A stretch of DNA of 64,000 bases. Origin: Octopus vulgaris. Taxonomy: Eukaryota. The position numbers and the translations under genes are program-made. The number at the start of each line of letters is the position of its first letter. Positions within the stretch are counted from its first letter, which is position 1. A model generated the notes under the pieces. It saw only the letters and a program-made list of their open reading frames with translations. It was not told the DNA's origin and searched no databases. Positions 1-12,521 of the stretch are shown piece by piece. The stretch lies in contig OX597817.1 of NCBI GenBank assembly GCA_951406725.2, positions 167,710,001 to 167,774,000 on the forward strand, written 5' to 3'.

Positions 1-176
1 GCGTTCGAATCCCAGTTGCCCTCACACGGCAGCGGCCAAGTGACAGACGAAGCGAAGCGTCGATTGTTGTAACATCACGGTCGCAAAGCAAAATAAGTTT
101 CAAACAGGAAGCAGAAAAAGTGTAATGAAAGTGTTGGTGAATACATGTTACTAGCCGGATACAATGTCCACAGTGG

Positions 177-390
177 CATGTATGTATGTATGTATGTATG
201 TATGTATGTATGTATGTATGTATGTATGTATGTATGTATGTATGTATCTATGTATGTATGTATGTATGTATGTATGTATGTATGTATGTATGTATGTATG
301 TGCGTATGTATGTATGTATGTACGAATGTATGTATGTATGTATGTGCGTATGTATGTATGAATGTATGTATGTATGTATGTATGTATGTA

Positions 391-421
<31 letters not shown>

Positions 422-521
422 ATGTATGTATGTATAGAAAGTTTTAAGAATATTAAGAGTATTTTTCTTGGTTGGTAGATAGATAGATAGATAGATAAAT
501 ATGGATAGATAGATAAATATG

Positions 522-604
<83 letters not shown>

Positions 605-605
605 T

Positions 606-682
<77 letters not shown>

Positions 683-725
683 GTAGCTAGATAGACAGAC
701 AGATAGATAAATTGATAGATAGATA
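177..725. repeat. (TATG)n and (GATA)n microsatellites
   Basis: Direct reading. These generate the spurious MYVC and YLSI ORFs. Confidence 0.95.
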
Positions 726-1233
726 TAAAACTTACATAGAAGGACAACGAAGAAACACGGAAAAATCGTACACGAGACGTGGACATGTTTTTCCCTCGTC
801 AATTATCGTCCAGAAAATCATGACAATTTGTATGTATGTATAAAGATGCTTAGCTTAAGGGTTAGGGTGTTGCGCTCACAATCGCAAGGTCGTGACTTCG
901 ATTCCTTTACTGGGTGGTGCGTTTTGTTCTTGAGTAAAATGCTTCATTTCACGTTCATTGTGATCATTTCGGCATCTAACTTGTGACCAGCATTGGATTA
1001 ACTATTAAGCGAAATATGCACATGTTTAGAGCATCAAGGGGAGGAGGTGGCACCACAGAAATGGTAAATGGTTAACGGCACAAAAGAAATCACTTTAAAC
1101 TTGCTAAAATAATATTCGGGATGCCTTTATCTCTACTGAGTATAGATGCAGATGTGTTACCTAAGATTAATTTTGAGGATTTGACCAAAGACTTTTCAAA
1201 TATAAATAAAATGGTAGTATACAAAAATAAAAT

Positions 1234-1604
1234 GGAGGAGCAATGGCCCAGTGGTTAGGGCAGCAGACTCGCGGTCGTAGGATCGCGGTTTCGATTCCCA
1301 GAACGGGCGTTGTGAGTGTTTATTGAGCGAAAACACCTAAAGCTCCACGAGGCTCCGGCAGGGGATGGTGGTGATCCCTGCTGTACTCTTTCTCTCACTC
1401 TTACTTCCTGTTTCTGTTGTACCTGTATTTCAAAGGGCCAGCCTTGTCACTCTCTGTGTCACGCTGAATATCCCCGAGAACTACGTTAAGGGTACACGTG
1501 TCTGTGGAGTGCTCAGCCACTTACACGTTAATTTCACGAGCAGGCTGTTCCGTTGATTCGGATCAACCGGAACCCTCATCGTCGTAACCGACGCAGTGCT
1601 TCCA
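1234..1604 (+). mobile_element. tRNA-derived SINE, family B (tRNA-Arg-like head)
   Basis: A-box-like TGGCCCAGTGG and B-box-like GTTTCGATTCC. A near-identical copy is at 10521-10890. Confidence 0.8.
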
Positions 1605-1965
1605 TCCATACAAAAGTAAACATTATTTTCCCTTTTACTGTTTTGTTTCGTTTTGAAAAATAAAAATTTATTTTATGGTTTTTATGGTTTTTATGGTTTT
1701 TATGGTTTATATTTTGAATTACACAATCTTTTATGGGGGCACGAAAATCTTTTAAGTGTTTAGGGCCTCGATGGGCCTTAATCCGGCACTCCGAACATCT
1801 GTACAAACAATGTCGATTTGATGGAGGGAGTGAGCTGATGTTCTGTATGAGCATTTGATCACTATAAGCGAACCATTTATGCAAGCTGTTCGGCAAAAAG
1901 TTTCAGAAATCTCATCTGTCATCTACGACAGGAGAGTCAACCGTGTGTGTGTGTATGTGTGTGTG

Positions 1966-2041
<76 letters not shown>

Positions 2042-2437
2042 TGTGTGTGTGTATGCGTCTGGCTGTCGTCTATCTGTCTCTCAATCTATAATTGGTCTGG
2101 GCGTGTACAAATGCTGCTTCGTTATTTTCATTACCGGATCTTAAAGAATGAATATGGGATGGTCTAGAAGTTTCTAAGAAGAATATATATCCATGTATAC
2201 TTGTGTGTGTGTGTGTGTGTGTATATCTGAGTATATGAATGTGTACGTAAGTTTGTATGTACTATACACGTAATTATGCGCGTGTATGTGTGTATATGTT
2301 TGAATGTGCAAGTGTGTATGTATGTATGTATGTATGTATGTATGTATGTGTGTGTGTGTATATGTATTCATGTTTTATGTCCTTGTGTACACATACTTTC
2401 GCACGTATGCCTGTGCGTATTTAGACGTTAGTATACT

Positions 2438-2653
2438 CTTTACTCTTTTACTCTTTTACTTGTTTCAGTCATTTGACTGCGGCCATGCTGGAGCACCGCC
2501 TTTACTCGAGCAAATCGACCCCGGGACTTATTCTTTGAAAGCCCAGTACTTATTCTATCGGTCTCTTTTGCCGAACCGCTAATTGACGGTGACGTAAACA
2601 CACCAGCATCGGTTGTCAAGCAATGCTAGGGGAACAAACACAGACACACAAAC

Positions 2654-2684
<31 letters not shown>

Positions 2685-2908
2685 CATATACATATATACG
2701 ACAGGCTTCTTTCAGTTTCCGTCTACCAAATCCACTCACAAGGCATTGGTCGGCCCGGGGCTATAGCAGAAGACACTTGCCCAAGATGCCACGCAGTGGG
2801 ACTGAACCCAGAACCATGTGGTTGGTTAGCAAGCTACTTACCAGTGGGACTGAACCCGGAACCATGTGGTTGGTTAGCAAGCTACTTACCACACAGCCAC
2901 TCCTGCGC
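2438..2908 (-). mobile_element. tRNA-derived SINE, family A (with internal 48-bp duplication)
   Basis: Head GGCGCAGGAGTGGCTGTGTGG...GGTTCAGTCCC, internal (TA)/(TG) tract and (AAGAGTA)n tail. About a dozen full or partial copies are present in the window. Confidence 0.88.
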
Positions 2909-2948
2909 CTGGTATGTATATTCTGTTCACTCAACATCATCGTCATTC

Positions 2949-3213
2949 TTACCTCCGCCTTGGCGAAGGCGGAGGTATTGTTTTCAGTCTTTTTTGTTTG
3001 TTTGTCCGTGGACAAAATATTCTTTTTTTTTTTCTTATTTGTTTCAGTCATTTGACTGCGACCATGCTGGAGCACCGCCTCTTGTCGAGCAGATCGACCC
3101 CAGGACTTATTCTTTGTAAGCCTAGTACTTATTCTATTGATCTCTCTTGCCGAACCGCTAATTGACGGGGACGTAAACACACCAACATCGGTTGTCAAGC
3201 GATGTTAGGGGGA

Positions 3214-3248
<35 letters not shown>

Positions 3249-3260
3249 CACACACACACA

Positions 3261-3346
<86 letters not shown>

Positions 3347-3862
3347 GACAGGTTTCTTTCAGTTTCCATCTACCAACTCCACTCACAAGGCTTTGGTCGG
3401 CTCGAGGCTATAGTAGAAGACACTTGCCCAAGGTGCCACGCAGTGGGACTGAACCCGGGACCTTGCGGTTGGTAAGCAAGCTACTTACCACACAACCACT
3501 CCTGCAACCCTTTCAAAAACCGCTGAATGGATTCGGATGAAACTTTCAGGCATGTTTGGCCTTGTGACTGGCACGAACTTGATTAGATTTTGGGATCGAT
3601 CCGGTACAGGACAAGGATTCTGGATTATTTTTCCTCTTTTTTGTTTTTTTTTTCTGGTGGGGGGGTACTTAATTTTTACTTAATTTTTACTTAATTTTTA
3701 CTTAATTTTTACTTAATTTTTACTTAATTTTTAGTATTCTCGTTTGTGAGAGCAGTCGAGTTTATTTCAGATATTCCCATTTTAAAAAGCATCTCTGGCT
3801 AATCGTCGATAGGAGGCTGGTGTTGCTTTGGCGGTGGTTTGCGCTCTCTGAGATGCTCTTGT
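2949..3862 (+). mobile_element. HINE/DINE-1-like (Helentron-associated) non-autonomous element, interrupted by a SINE
   Basis: 5' hairpin TACCTCCGCCTT-GGCG-AAGGCGGAGGTA (2950-2977), a GTTT microsatellite, an internal 11-bp tandem array (about 3667-3732) and a 3' subterminal repeat GGCGGTGGT (3830-3838). Confidence 0.55.
3035..3505 (-). mobile_element. SINE family A copy nested in HINE-like element
   Basis: Colinear with 2438-2908 and 12310-12725. Confidence 0.85.
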
Positions 3863-3926
3863 TTTTATTACAATCGTTACCACTCCGGAAAAAAATGCTC
3901 AGCAGCATTTTTTCCGGCTTTACATC

Positions 3927-4345
3927 CTGAGTTCAAATTCCGCCGAGGTCAATTTTGCCTTTCATCTTTTCGGTGTCGATAAAATAAGCACCACTTGAAA
4001 ACTGGAGCCGATGTAATCGACTTACCCCCTCCCCTAAAATTTCAGGCCTTGTGCCTATAGTAGAAAGGATTCTTTTTAATTCGCTCGTCGCTACGTTCCG
4101 AGTTCAAATTCTGCCGAGGTCAACTTTGCCTTTCTTCTTTTCGGTGTCGATAAATTAAGTACCTATTTCTTTACTGCCCACAAGGGGCTAAACACAGAGG
4201 GGACAAACAAGGACAGACAAACGGATTAAGTCGATTACATCGACCCCAGTGCGTAACTGGTACTTATTTCATCGACCCCGAAAGGATGAAAGGCAAAGTC
4301 GACCTCAACTTAGTACCATTTGATTACTGGGGTCAACGTGATCGA
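3927..4345. mobile_element. cluster of fragments of SINE family C (core TTCAAATTCCGCCGAGGTCGACTTTGCCTTTCATCCTTTCGGGGTCGAT)
   Basis: Two + copies (about 3927-4070 and 4098-4163) and one - copy (4163-4307). The same core appears at about 30040-30140 and 37545-37650 on the - strand. Confidence 0.7.
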
Positions 4346-4380
4346 CTGTCCCCCTCTGGGGGTGGGGGGAAAGGGGTGTT

Positions 4381-5913
4381 ATTATACTGCTCCAGCCAGA
4401 ACAGGCGAAACTTGGTGTGGAAGGTAGCAGCCAGATGGCGCTCCAGGTTTTCTTGAAGCCCAAACCTTTCCGTGATGCCTGATAGTATCGCGTCTACCAG
4501 AGAACTGCAAGTACAGGAAATCTTTGAACTTGGCCTCCTCCAACTTCATGACAGTAGCCGCTACAGTTGGCAGAAGGCTCCTAAGATAGTTCTGCCCCCA
4601 CCCCCCACTCCACCCTGGATTTTATCTAAGGTCTTGGGGACATTAGACATCACCTGGACGTACTCCGTCAGGAAGCCATCAGGTCTGCAGTTTCAGCTGT
4701 GTCATCACCCGGTGGACCGCTCCCCTATTCTTCTTCGGCAGGTTTTGTTGAGGACAACAACAGAGCTATAGGCAGATTTCTATCTGGTACTGTTGGGGAC
4801 CACCAGCCTCCTCTTCAACGAGTCCAGAATGCTGTCTGCCGCCACCGGGCAGATATGGCATTCCTGTAGGCCGACTTGAGCAAAGCGTTGTTAAAAGCCT
4901 TATCGGCATCCACGCTGGCTACCAAGTTGAAGGTATGTGCTGCGCACTTCACGTGCCCTGGTTGGTTTAGTCTCAGGCCGCTAACCTCGTCAAGGATAGC
5001 ATCAACAGAGAGGTACTCAACTTCGTCCACATCCCCAGCCTCGAGATTCATACCCAGGTCCACCACGTCCGGATCGGCAGCAGCCTCAGGAATGTCTGGC
5101 AAGAATTCAGCTTCTCTAATAAACTGCATAAATGCCTCAACAAAGTTTTTGTCGTTGTCCGTCGTGGTCCTGGTCACCTTGTCTTGGAGATGGAACTTGT
5201 AATGGGTGTCTACCATGGCCTAGGCGAGAACATCAAAGGTGTGATGTCCTCTGAGCCGAAAGTAGTCCAGAACGGCGTGTTGTCTCGTGCAGATCTTGGG
5301 GTCCAGCCAGTGTGCCGTCATCCCCACGTAGGACTAACAGTGCGCGGTGGTTGCCAACCAGGGAACCTTGAGTAATCTGTAATTAAAAAATGCTAAACTG
5401 TAAAGAGACATAAATTGTAAAGTTAAAAACTTAAGGTGGCTAACAGAATTTAAAACCAACAAGGAAATAATTCACCGTCACGTCTTCACCTTCCATAACG
5501 ATAAGCGATAAATTGATAAGCCGATAGCGTACCCTGCTGTTGCTGACACTATAAGACTGTCCGTAACGTGACAACGTCATAAGTGAACACAACTCAAAAC
5601 TGCAGACTTACACAATGCTGCTCAACTATCTGCTGCTGCGTTGACCAGTCACGTCTTGTCACGTGTACGCGCAGTCAGCCAATAGCGTAGCTGACGGACT
5701 GTGCGAGACACGACCACAACAGACAGGAACAAACGTATGAGTTTTGTTATCGGACTTAAAGTTAGCGGAACTAAATTTAGCAGACCTAAATTCAGCGGAA
5801 GCTAATTGGTCCGCTGACGGTTTCCAAAGTTAGCGAAAACGCTAATCGGCTAAACGAAAAGTTAGCTTCGCTAATTAGCTGTTAGCAGATTAGCGGAACC
5901 GTGCCCACCACTG
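4381..5913 (-). mobile_element. decayed hAT (ZBED-like) DNA transposon with transposase remnants
   Basis: Minus-strand peptides SYVGMTAHWLD, VTRTTTDNDKNFVEAF, HVKCAAHTFNLVAS, LVDAILSGITERFG and LAATFHTKFRLFWL, broken by stops and frameshifts. End sequence CAGTGGTGGGCAC at 5913 has GCTAA-rich subterminal repeats. The second TIR was not seen. Confidence 0.85.
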
Positions 5914-6299
5914 TATATGTATAAATACGCATAGATAGATAGATGGATGTATGGATGGCTGGACAGACAGGCAGGCAGGCAGGCAGGTAGGCAAGGTACA
6001 GGAAAACTGATCTGTGCCGAGCGTTACCTCGCAAACATGGCATACTTTGGTTTTTCTCTGACGAGAATAATTTCAACTAAAACCAAAAGTCTAAAGGGAG
6101 AAATGACGATGGATGGCTCTGCGCAGATTCTTCTGGTGTCCCCAGAGTGATGCACTCTAAGTTTCTCGCAACTGTGATGGGTTTTAGGTGCGATGAGTAA
6201 TAAAGGTCATGTCACCTCGCATCTTGCTGTAGGGTCCTAGAATAAATGCTGCTGGATACGTTAAAGTGCAAGAAATAGTTGGTAAGCCCTCGATGGATA

Positions 6300-6595
6300 A
6301 AGTATGCGTGCAATGGAAGGTCGGCTGCGGGGTCATTCCGAAAAGCTCTACCTGCGACGATTTCATCTCAATCGAAGGAGAGGAGCTTTCTCCGTCCGGG
6401 TTGCGGATCCGTGGAACAAGCTGCCAGACGAGATGGTGAAGATGCCGACGACCGCTTTGTTCAAAGCTTCCCTTGACCTCAAGTGGCCTGAACTCTTTAC
6501 ATGAACACCACCCTGTACTTAACTCCATGTCCCCCTACATGGCCTTGCTATTTGCTTTTGAGCCAAATTAACTAACTAACTAACTAACTAACTAA
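6300..6595 (+). mobile_element. 5'-truncated CR1/L2-group LINE 3' end
   Basis: Peptide RGHSEKL...FSVRVADPWNKLPDEMV...LFKASLD* is the typical ORF2 C-terminus, followed by a short 3' UTR and a (CTAA)n tail. Confidence 0.85.
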
Positions 6596-7112
6596 GGTCA
6601 TACATACGGTGTGTGTTAGATTAGATCATAAAATACGTCAGCAACAAAACTCAGAACCTTCTTACAAAGTCCCACGTAACCCCAGAATGAATATGAGACC
6701 ATTTTTACGATCGTGAAATACCCAACTCGTGGCCTCCAAACTCACCATATTTAAGTCTTATGGACTACTACGTTTGAAGCGTTTTTGAAAGGTAACTAAG
6801 CGACACCCTCACAGTGCCATAGATTTACTGAATACCTGGTGATGTCCGAAATAAAGAAGGGTCAGTTAGTTCAGGCATGACAATGATTTCGGTCATGCAC
6901 TGATGCAGTTATCAAAGCTAAAGGCGGATTCATAGAATAAACTTACAAGAAAGTTTATCTAAAACATTTGTACAACATTTTATCAAGATACATTCGGTTT
7001 TTGTTAGATTCAATTACCAAATACGTCCTCAAATAACACTCGTACTCTATACACACACAAACACACACGCAAATACATATATATACATACATTCAGGCGT
7101 ACACACACACAC

Positions 7113-7161
<49 letters not shown>

Positions 7162-7208
7162 CCAGCATGGCCGCAGCCTCAGGGCTGAAGCATATAAACG
7201 AATCAAAA

Positions 7209-7309
<101 letters not shown>

Positions 7310-7549
7310 AAAGGAATGTATGATTATCTTACGCACTTCGGTGGTTTACAGCTATTTCTGTTGTAAATGCAGTGGACTCATAGTTGAATGACCTGAGAAA
7401 CAGCTTACAGCTTAATCAGAGCCTCGAATATGAAGTGCGATTTATTTGAGAAATAATTAAATTTCTGCCCATATAGAGAACGGCATCAACAATGTGCATT
7501 AAACAAAAATTGTATGCCCAAAGGGTAATTAAATGTATTTATGGAAATG

Positions 7550-7617
<68 letters not shown>

Positions 7618-7717
7618 TTAATCCAAACAAGAAAACACAAAGAGAAAACACAACAACGCGAGGACGTGGAACAAATATAGTATTATTGGATACTCAGGAA
7701 GGAAGGGAAGAAGGAGG

Positions 7718-7752
7718 GTTTAACGTTTCGAGCGGAGCTCTTCATCGGAAAC
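7718..7752 (-). ncRNA. minimal hammerhead-like motif (Penelope-type), core variant CCGAUGA
   Basis: Minus strand reads GTTT-CCGATGA-A-GAGC-TCC-GCTC-GAAA-CG-TTA-AAC, inside a fragment of about 200 bp flanked by (TA)n. Confidence 0.5.
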
Positions 7753-7842
7753 ATAGGAGAAGGAAAGATCCAGAGAAGGGAAGACAGAGGGAAAAAATCG
7801 CCAACGGTACACCACGAGGTCACATTTTGAAATATATATATA

Positions 7843-8356
7843 TCTATATATATAAAACTGTAGTTGTGTGAGTGTCTGTCTCCTACGATTTAGATTCCTA
7901 ACTCCTCCCACATTTTGCGGTGCAGTTTAACTAAATTCGGGTATCTTATAGTCGTGATTAATATCGATCCCGTCTGGCTATTAGCGCGCGTCTACGATGA
8001 GTCTACGATTTTAAAAATAATTTAACATCATTTTTTATTCCATTTTAATGCATAATTTTTCGTGTGTCGATGGCGGCGGAGTTGGCGTCCATGGTCACAC
8101 CTGCACCTGTGTTGCTTCTCCCCCTTCTTCCCTCCCTCGTGAAGCTGTGGGGAAGGGAGTTTAAGGAAATCAACGTCATAAAGCGTTGTCAAGGAGACCA
8201 GCGTTCTTTTAGAACAACGACTTCATGGCTTGAAGACACCAAAACAGAAATGGCTAAGAAAGCCCGAATTGGCATCTATAAGGGAAGTAACTCTCTAAAA
8301 ATGCTTATATAGTTATTTCCCTTACAAACCCGAGCAACGCCGGGCGATACTGCTAG
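7843..8356 (+). mobile_element. non-autonomous Helitron
   Basis: A|TC 5' end, 3' hairpin CCCGAGCAACGCCGGG, then CTAG|T. No TSD. Confidence 0.8.
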
Positions 8357-8382
8357 TATATATATATATATATATATATATA

Positions 8383-8628
8383 TTTCGATTCCCAGACCGA
8401 GCGTTGTGAGTGTTTATTGAGCGAAAACACCTAAAAAGCTCCACGAGGCTCCGGCAGGGGGTGGTGGGGATCCCTGCTGTACTCTTTCACCACTCTTTCT
8501 ACCACTCTTTCTTCTGTTGGCCTGCTCGCTTAGCCAGCGGGGTGGCGTCATTCGAAGGCTAAAACAATGCGAACGCATTGTGACCAGCGATGTGTAACAA
8601 CATCTGATGGTCTGGTCGGTCACGTGAT
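8383..8628 (+). mobile_element. 5'-truncated SINE sharing the family-B head but with a different 3' body
   Basis: TTCGATTCCCAGACC...CTCCACGAGGCTCCGGCAGGGG matches 1289-1364, then the sequence diverges. Confidence 0.65.
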
Positions 8629-8630
8629 AT

Positions 8631-9033
8631 ATATATATATATAAAAGTGAAGTTGTGTGAGTGTCTGTCTCCTACGATTTAGATTCCTAACTCCTCCCAC
8701 ATTTTGCGGTGCGGTTGAACCAAAACCGGATATCTTATAGTCATGATTCATATCGAGCCCTTCTGGGTATTAGCGCGCGTCTACGATGAGTCTACGATTT
8801 AAAAAAAATTTACCTTCATTTTTTCCATTTTAATGCATTTTTTTTTCGTTATTATATAAGGGATGTGACTCTCTAAAAATGTCTGCGATGAGTCAACGAT
8901 TCAAAAAAAATTTACTATCATATTTTTTCCATTTTTAATGCATTTTTTTGCTATTTTTTGGCTATAACTCTCTAAAAATGCTTATATAGTTATTTCCCTT
9001 ACAAACCCGAGCAACGCCGGGCGATACTGCTAG
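8631..9033 (+). mobile_element. second non-autonomous Helitron, same family
   Basis: Same roughly 190-bp 5' block and an identical 3' hairpin+CTAG|T as 7843-8356. The middle differs. Confidence 0.78.
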
Positions 9034-9171
9034 TATATATATATATATATATGTATATATTCACGCACTCTAAGGCACCAGTAGATACAGAACGACACTC
9101 ACCCGCAAATATACATATATGCATGCATGTACAGGGTGGTCCAAAAGTAAATTTACGGTTATTCAGCTATC

Positions 9172-9578
9172 TCTTTACTCTTTTACTCTTTTACTTGTTT
9201 CAGTCATTTGACTGCGGCCATGCTGGAGCACCGCCTTTAGTCGAGCAAATCGACCCCGGGACTTATTCTTTGTAAGCCCAGTACTTATTCTATCGGTCTC
9301 TTTTGCCGAACCGCTAAGTGACGGGGACGTAAACACACCAGCATCTGTTGTCAAGCAATGCTAGGGGAACAAACACAGACACACACACATACATATATAT
9401 ATATATACATATATACGACAGGCTTCTTTCAGTTTACGTCTACCAAATCCACTCACAAGGCATTGGTCGGCCCGGGGCTATAGCAGAAGACACTTGCCCA
9501 ACATGCCACGCAGTGGGACTGAACCCGGAACCATGTGGTCGGTTAGCAAGCTACTTACCACACAGCCACTCCTGCGCC
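9172..9578 (-). mobile_element. SINE family A, full length with TSD
   Basis: Full head-to-tail copy flanked by the direct repeat CTATCTCTTT (9167-9176 and 9578-9587). Confidence 0.9.
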
Positions 9579-10109
9579 TATCTCTTTCGCATTCATATAT
9601 TCACAGTTTAGATCTTAATTACAAAGAAAAATATGAAAAATTTTTCTATGCTAATTTAGTTAATTGTAAGATTTAAATGTAATAAAATTTAAATGTAATA
9701 AAATGTTTTAAAAGAAATTTAAAGTGCCTACATTATAACTGGGCAAGACTCCCCCCACATACACACACACACCAAAAAAACAACCTTTTTTAAAACTTTT
9801 TTTTCGACATAAATCCCACTTTTCGGCTACGGAGAATACGAATCTGCAAAAAAAAATTGGCAAAAATCGACATTTCTAAATTACCACCCCCACATCCCAC
9901 CCCCATTCCCTTCATTTTAAACTTTTTCCAGAATTTTTTTTTTTCCTAAAAAATATGTGGAAAAATATGGAGATTATGATTCTGAAATAAATTTCCCAAA
10001 ATCTTTGTAAAATATTTTTTAAAGAATTTTTTCTTTTCTAAGTATGCAGAAAAATACGGACATCAGGATTCGGACAAAAATTTCAAAACACTTCTGTATT
10101 TACGATTAC

Positions 10110-10195
10110 GGTTTTAGGGTTAGGGTTCTAGGGTTAGGGTTACGGCTACAGTTTTAGGGTTAGGGTTTTAGGGATAGGGTTAGGGTTTTAGGGTG
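10110..10195 (+). repeat. interstitial degenerate (TTAGGG)n telomere-like tract
   Basis: TTAGGG/TTTTAGGG/TTACGG units read directly. Confidence 0.8.
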
Positions 10196-10520
10196 ACTGT
10201 TGCGGAAAAAGTAAAAATTGAAGAAGTTGGGGGAAAGGGGGGAAATTTTCACAAAGCCGATTTTTGGCAATTTTCCGGAACAACCGTATCCCAAAAACGG
10301 GGATTTTTGGAAAAAGAATTTTTTAATAAGCAAATTTGTGAGAAAATGGGGGAGGGACGGGCGAAAGTCTTTCCTATACCTGTAAATCTACTTTTGAGCC
10401 ACCCTGTATATATTTCTATGTTGAGCCTTTGTATAGATCGATCTCTAGGGGTGAGCAGTAAACAGTAGAAGCATGCTTATGCTTACACAGTCTATATACT
10501 TGTATTTGTACAATCCGAGT

Positions 10521-10890
10521 GGAGGCGCAATAGCCCAGTGGTTAGGGCAGCGAACTCGCGGTCATAGGATCACGGTTTCGATTCCCAGACCGGGCGTTGT
10601 GAGTGTTTATTGAGCGAAAACACCTAAAAGCTCCACGAGGCTCCGGCAGGGGATGGTGGTGATCCCTGCTGTACTCTTTCACCACAACTTTCTCTCACTC
10701 TTACTTCCTGTTTCTGTTGTACCTGTATTTCAAAGGGCCAGCCTTGTCACTCTCTGTGTCACGCTGAATATCCCCGAGAAATACGTTAAGGGTGCACGTG
10801 TCTGTGGAGTACTCAGCCACTTGCACGTTAATTTCACGAGCAGGCTGTTCCGTTGATTCGGATCAACCGTAACCGACGGAGTGCTTCCTT
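10521..10890 (+). mobile_element. SINE family B copy
   Basis: Colinear with 1234-1604. Confidence 0.82.
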
Positions 10891-11154
10891 CTATTTGTAC
10901 AATCCAGCGATCGCTGACATGGTGCACATGGCCGTGCACATGAGCACGCACATCCATACATGCACATATATACACCTACACACGTATGCATATATGGATG
11001 CACATAGGTGCATAAATTATATACGTGTGTCTATGTGCACTTCATTCTAACATTTCAGTGAACGGAAATTGCACCGATCGATATGCATACATATGCATGC
11101 ATATGCACATTCTGGTGTTATCTGCAGTGTTAGTGCAGAAGAACTGCATTAATC

Positions 11155-12280
11155 GTTTATCTTTTACTTGTTGCACCCATTGGACGGTGGCCATGCTGGA
11201 ACACTCCCTTGAACTGTTTTCGTCGAACGAATCGAACCAGTACGTCTTGTCTGAAGCCTGGTATTTATTCTGTCGGTCTCTTTCGACGAACAGCTAGGTT
11301 ACGCGGACGTAAACATACCAACACCAACACCAGTCATAAAGCGGTGATGCGAGACAAACACATTACACACACAAACACACACAAACATACATATATACAT
11401 ACATACATACATACATACATACACACTCGTGCATACATATATACACACATACATACTTACATACACTCACACGCATAATACTTACACATACATACATACA
11501 CACTTATGTATACATACATACACACATGCATGCATACATACATACACATACATGCATACATATACACACAAGTATACATACATACGCACACATACCTACA
11601 TACACATACATACATACTACATACATACATACATGCATACATACATACATACATACATACTACATACATACATACATACATGCATACATACATACATACA
11701 TACATACATACATACATACATACATACATACATACATACATACTACATACATACATACATACATACATACTACATACATACATACATACATACATACATG
11801 CATACCTGCATACACGCATACATGCATACATACATTCATACATACATACTACATACATACTACATACATACATACATACATACATACATTCATACATACA
11901 TACTACATACATACATACATGCATACATACATACATACATACATACATTCATACATACATACTACATACATACTACATACATACATACATACATACATTC
12001 ATACATACATACTACATACATACATACATGCATACATACATACATACATACATACATACATCATACATACATACATACATACATACACGCATACATACAT
12101 ACATACATGCATACGCACACACACTCATATGGTAGGCTTCTTTCAGTCTCCGTCAATCAGGTCCACTCACAGGTCTTTGGTCGGCCTGGAGCAAAAGTCA
12201 CTTGCCCCCAATGTGCCACACAGCGGCACTTAACCCAGAACCATATGCTTGAGAAGCAAACTGCTTCCCACGCAGCCACG
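11155..12280 (-). mobile_element. old SINE family A copy with internal (TACA)n tract expanded to about 750 bp
   Basis: Diverged tail (11155-11380) and head (12130-12280) flank the microsatellite. Confidence 0.7.
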
Positions 12281-12309
12281 TATATTTTTCTTGGAGTTAT
12301 CCTCTTATA

Positions 12310-12487
12310 GGCGCAGGAGTGGCTGTGTGGTAAGTAGCTTGCTAACCAACCACATGGTTCCGGGTTCAGTCCCACTGCATGGCATCTTGGGCAGGTGTCT
12401 TCCGCTATAGCCCCGGGCCGACCAATGCCTTGTGAGTGGATTTGGTAGACGGAAACTGAAAGAAGCCCGTCGTATATATGTATATAT

Positions 12488-12521
<34 letters not shown>

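Larger units (their letters stand above)
9132..10406. mobile_element. Tc1/mariner-like MITE with nested insertions
   Basis: TA-flanked TIRs CAGGGTGGTCCAAAAGTAAATTTAC and (rc) CAGGGTGGCTCAAAAGTAGATTTAC. Confidence 0.75.

Noticed and set aside
1-40. GTTCGAATCCC T-arm/B-box-like sequence at the window edge
   Set aside because: It is truncated by the window and no cloverleaf is visible, so it cannot be distinguished from a SINE head.
145-802. Long ORFs such as MYVCMYVC…, YLSIYLSI… and HTYIHTYI… (also 11429-12310, 12911-13838, 20532-21125 and many more)
   Set aside because: They are translations of (TATG)n, (GATA)n, (CA)n and (TA)n microsatellites that lack stops. There is no coding signal.
1234-1310. 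tRNA-Arg-like sequences (also 10521, 37050-37125 and 44280-44356)
   Set aside because: They continue into repeated SINE bodies and lack proper acceptor stems. These are SINE heads, not tRNA genes.
2613-3119. Recurrent ORFs with 'QIHSQGIGRPGAIAEDTCPRCHAVGLNPEPCG'
   Set aside because: Antisense or sense translation of SINE family A. The recurrence reflects repeat copies, not a gene family.
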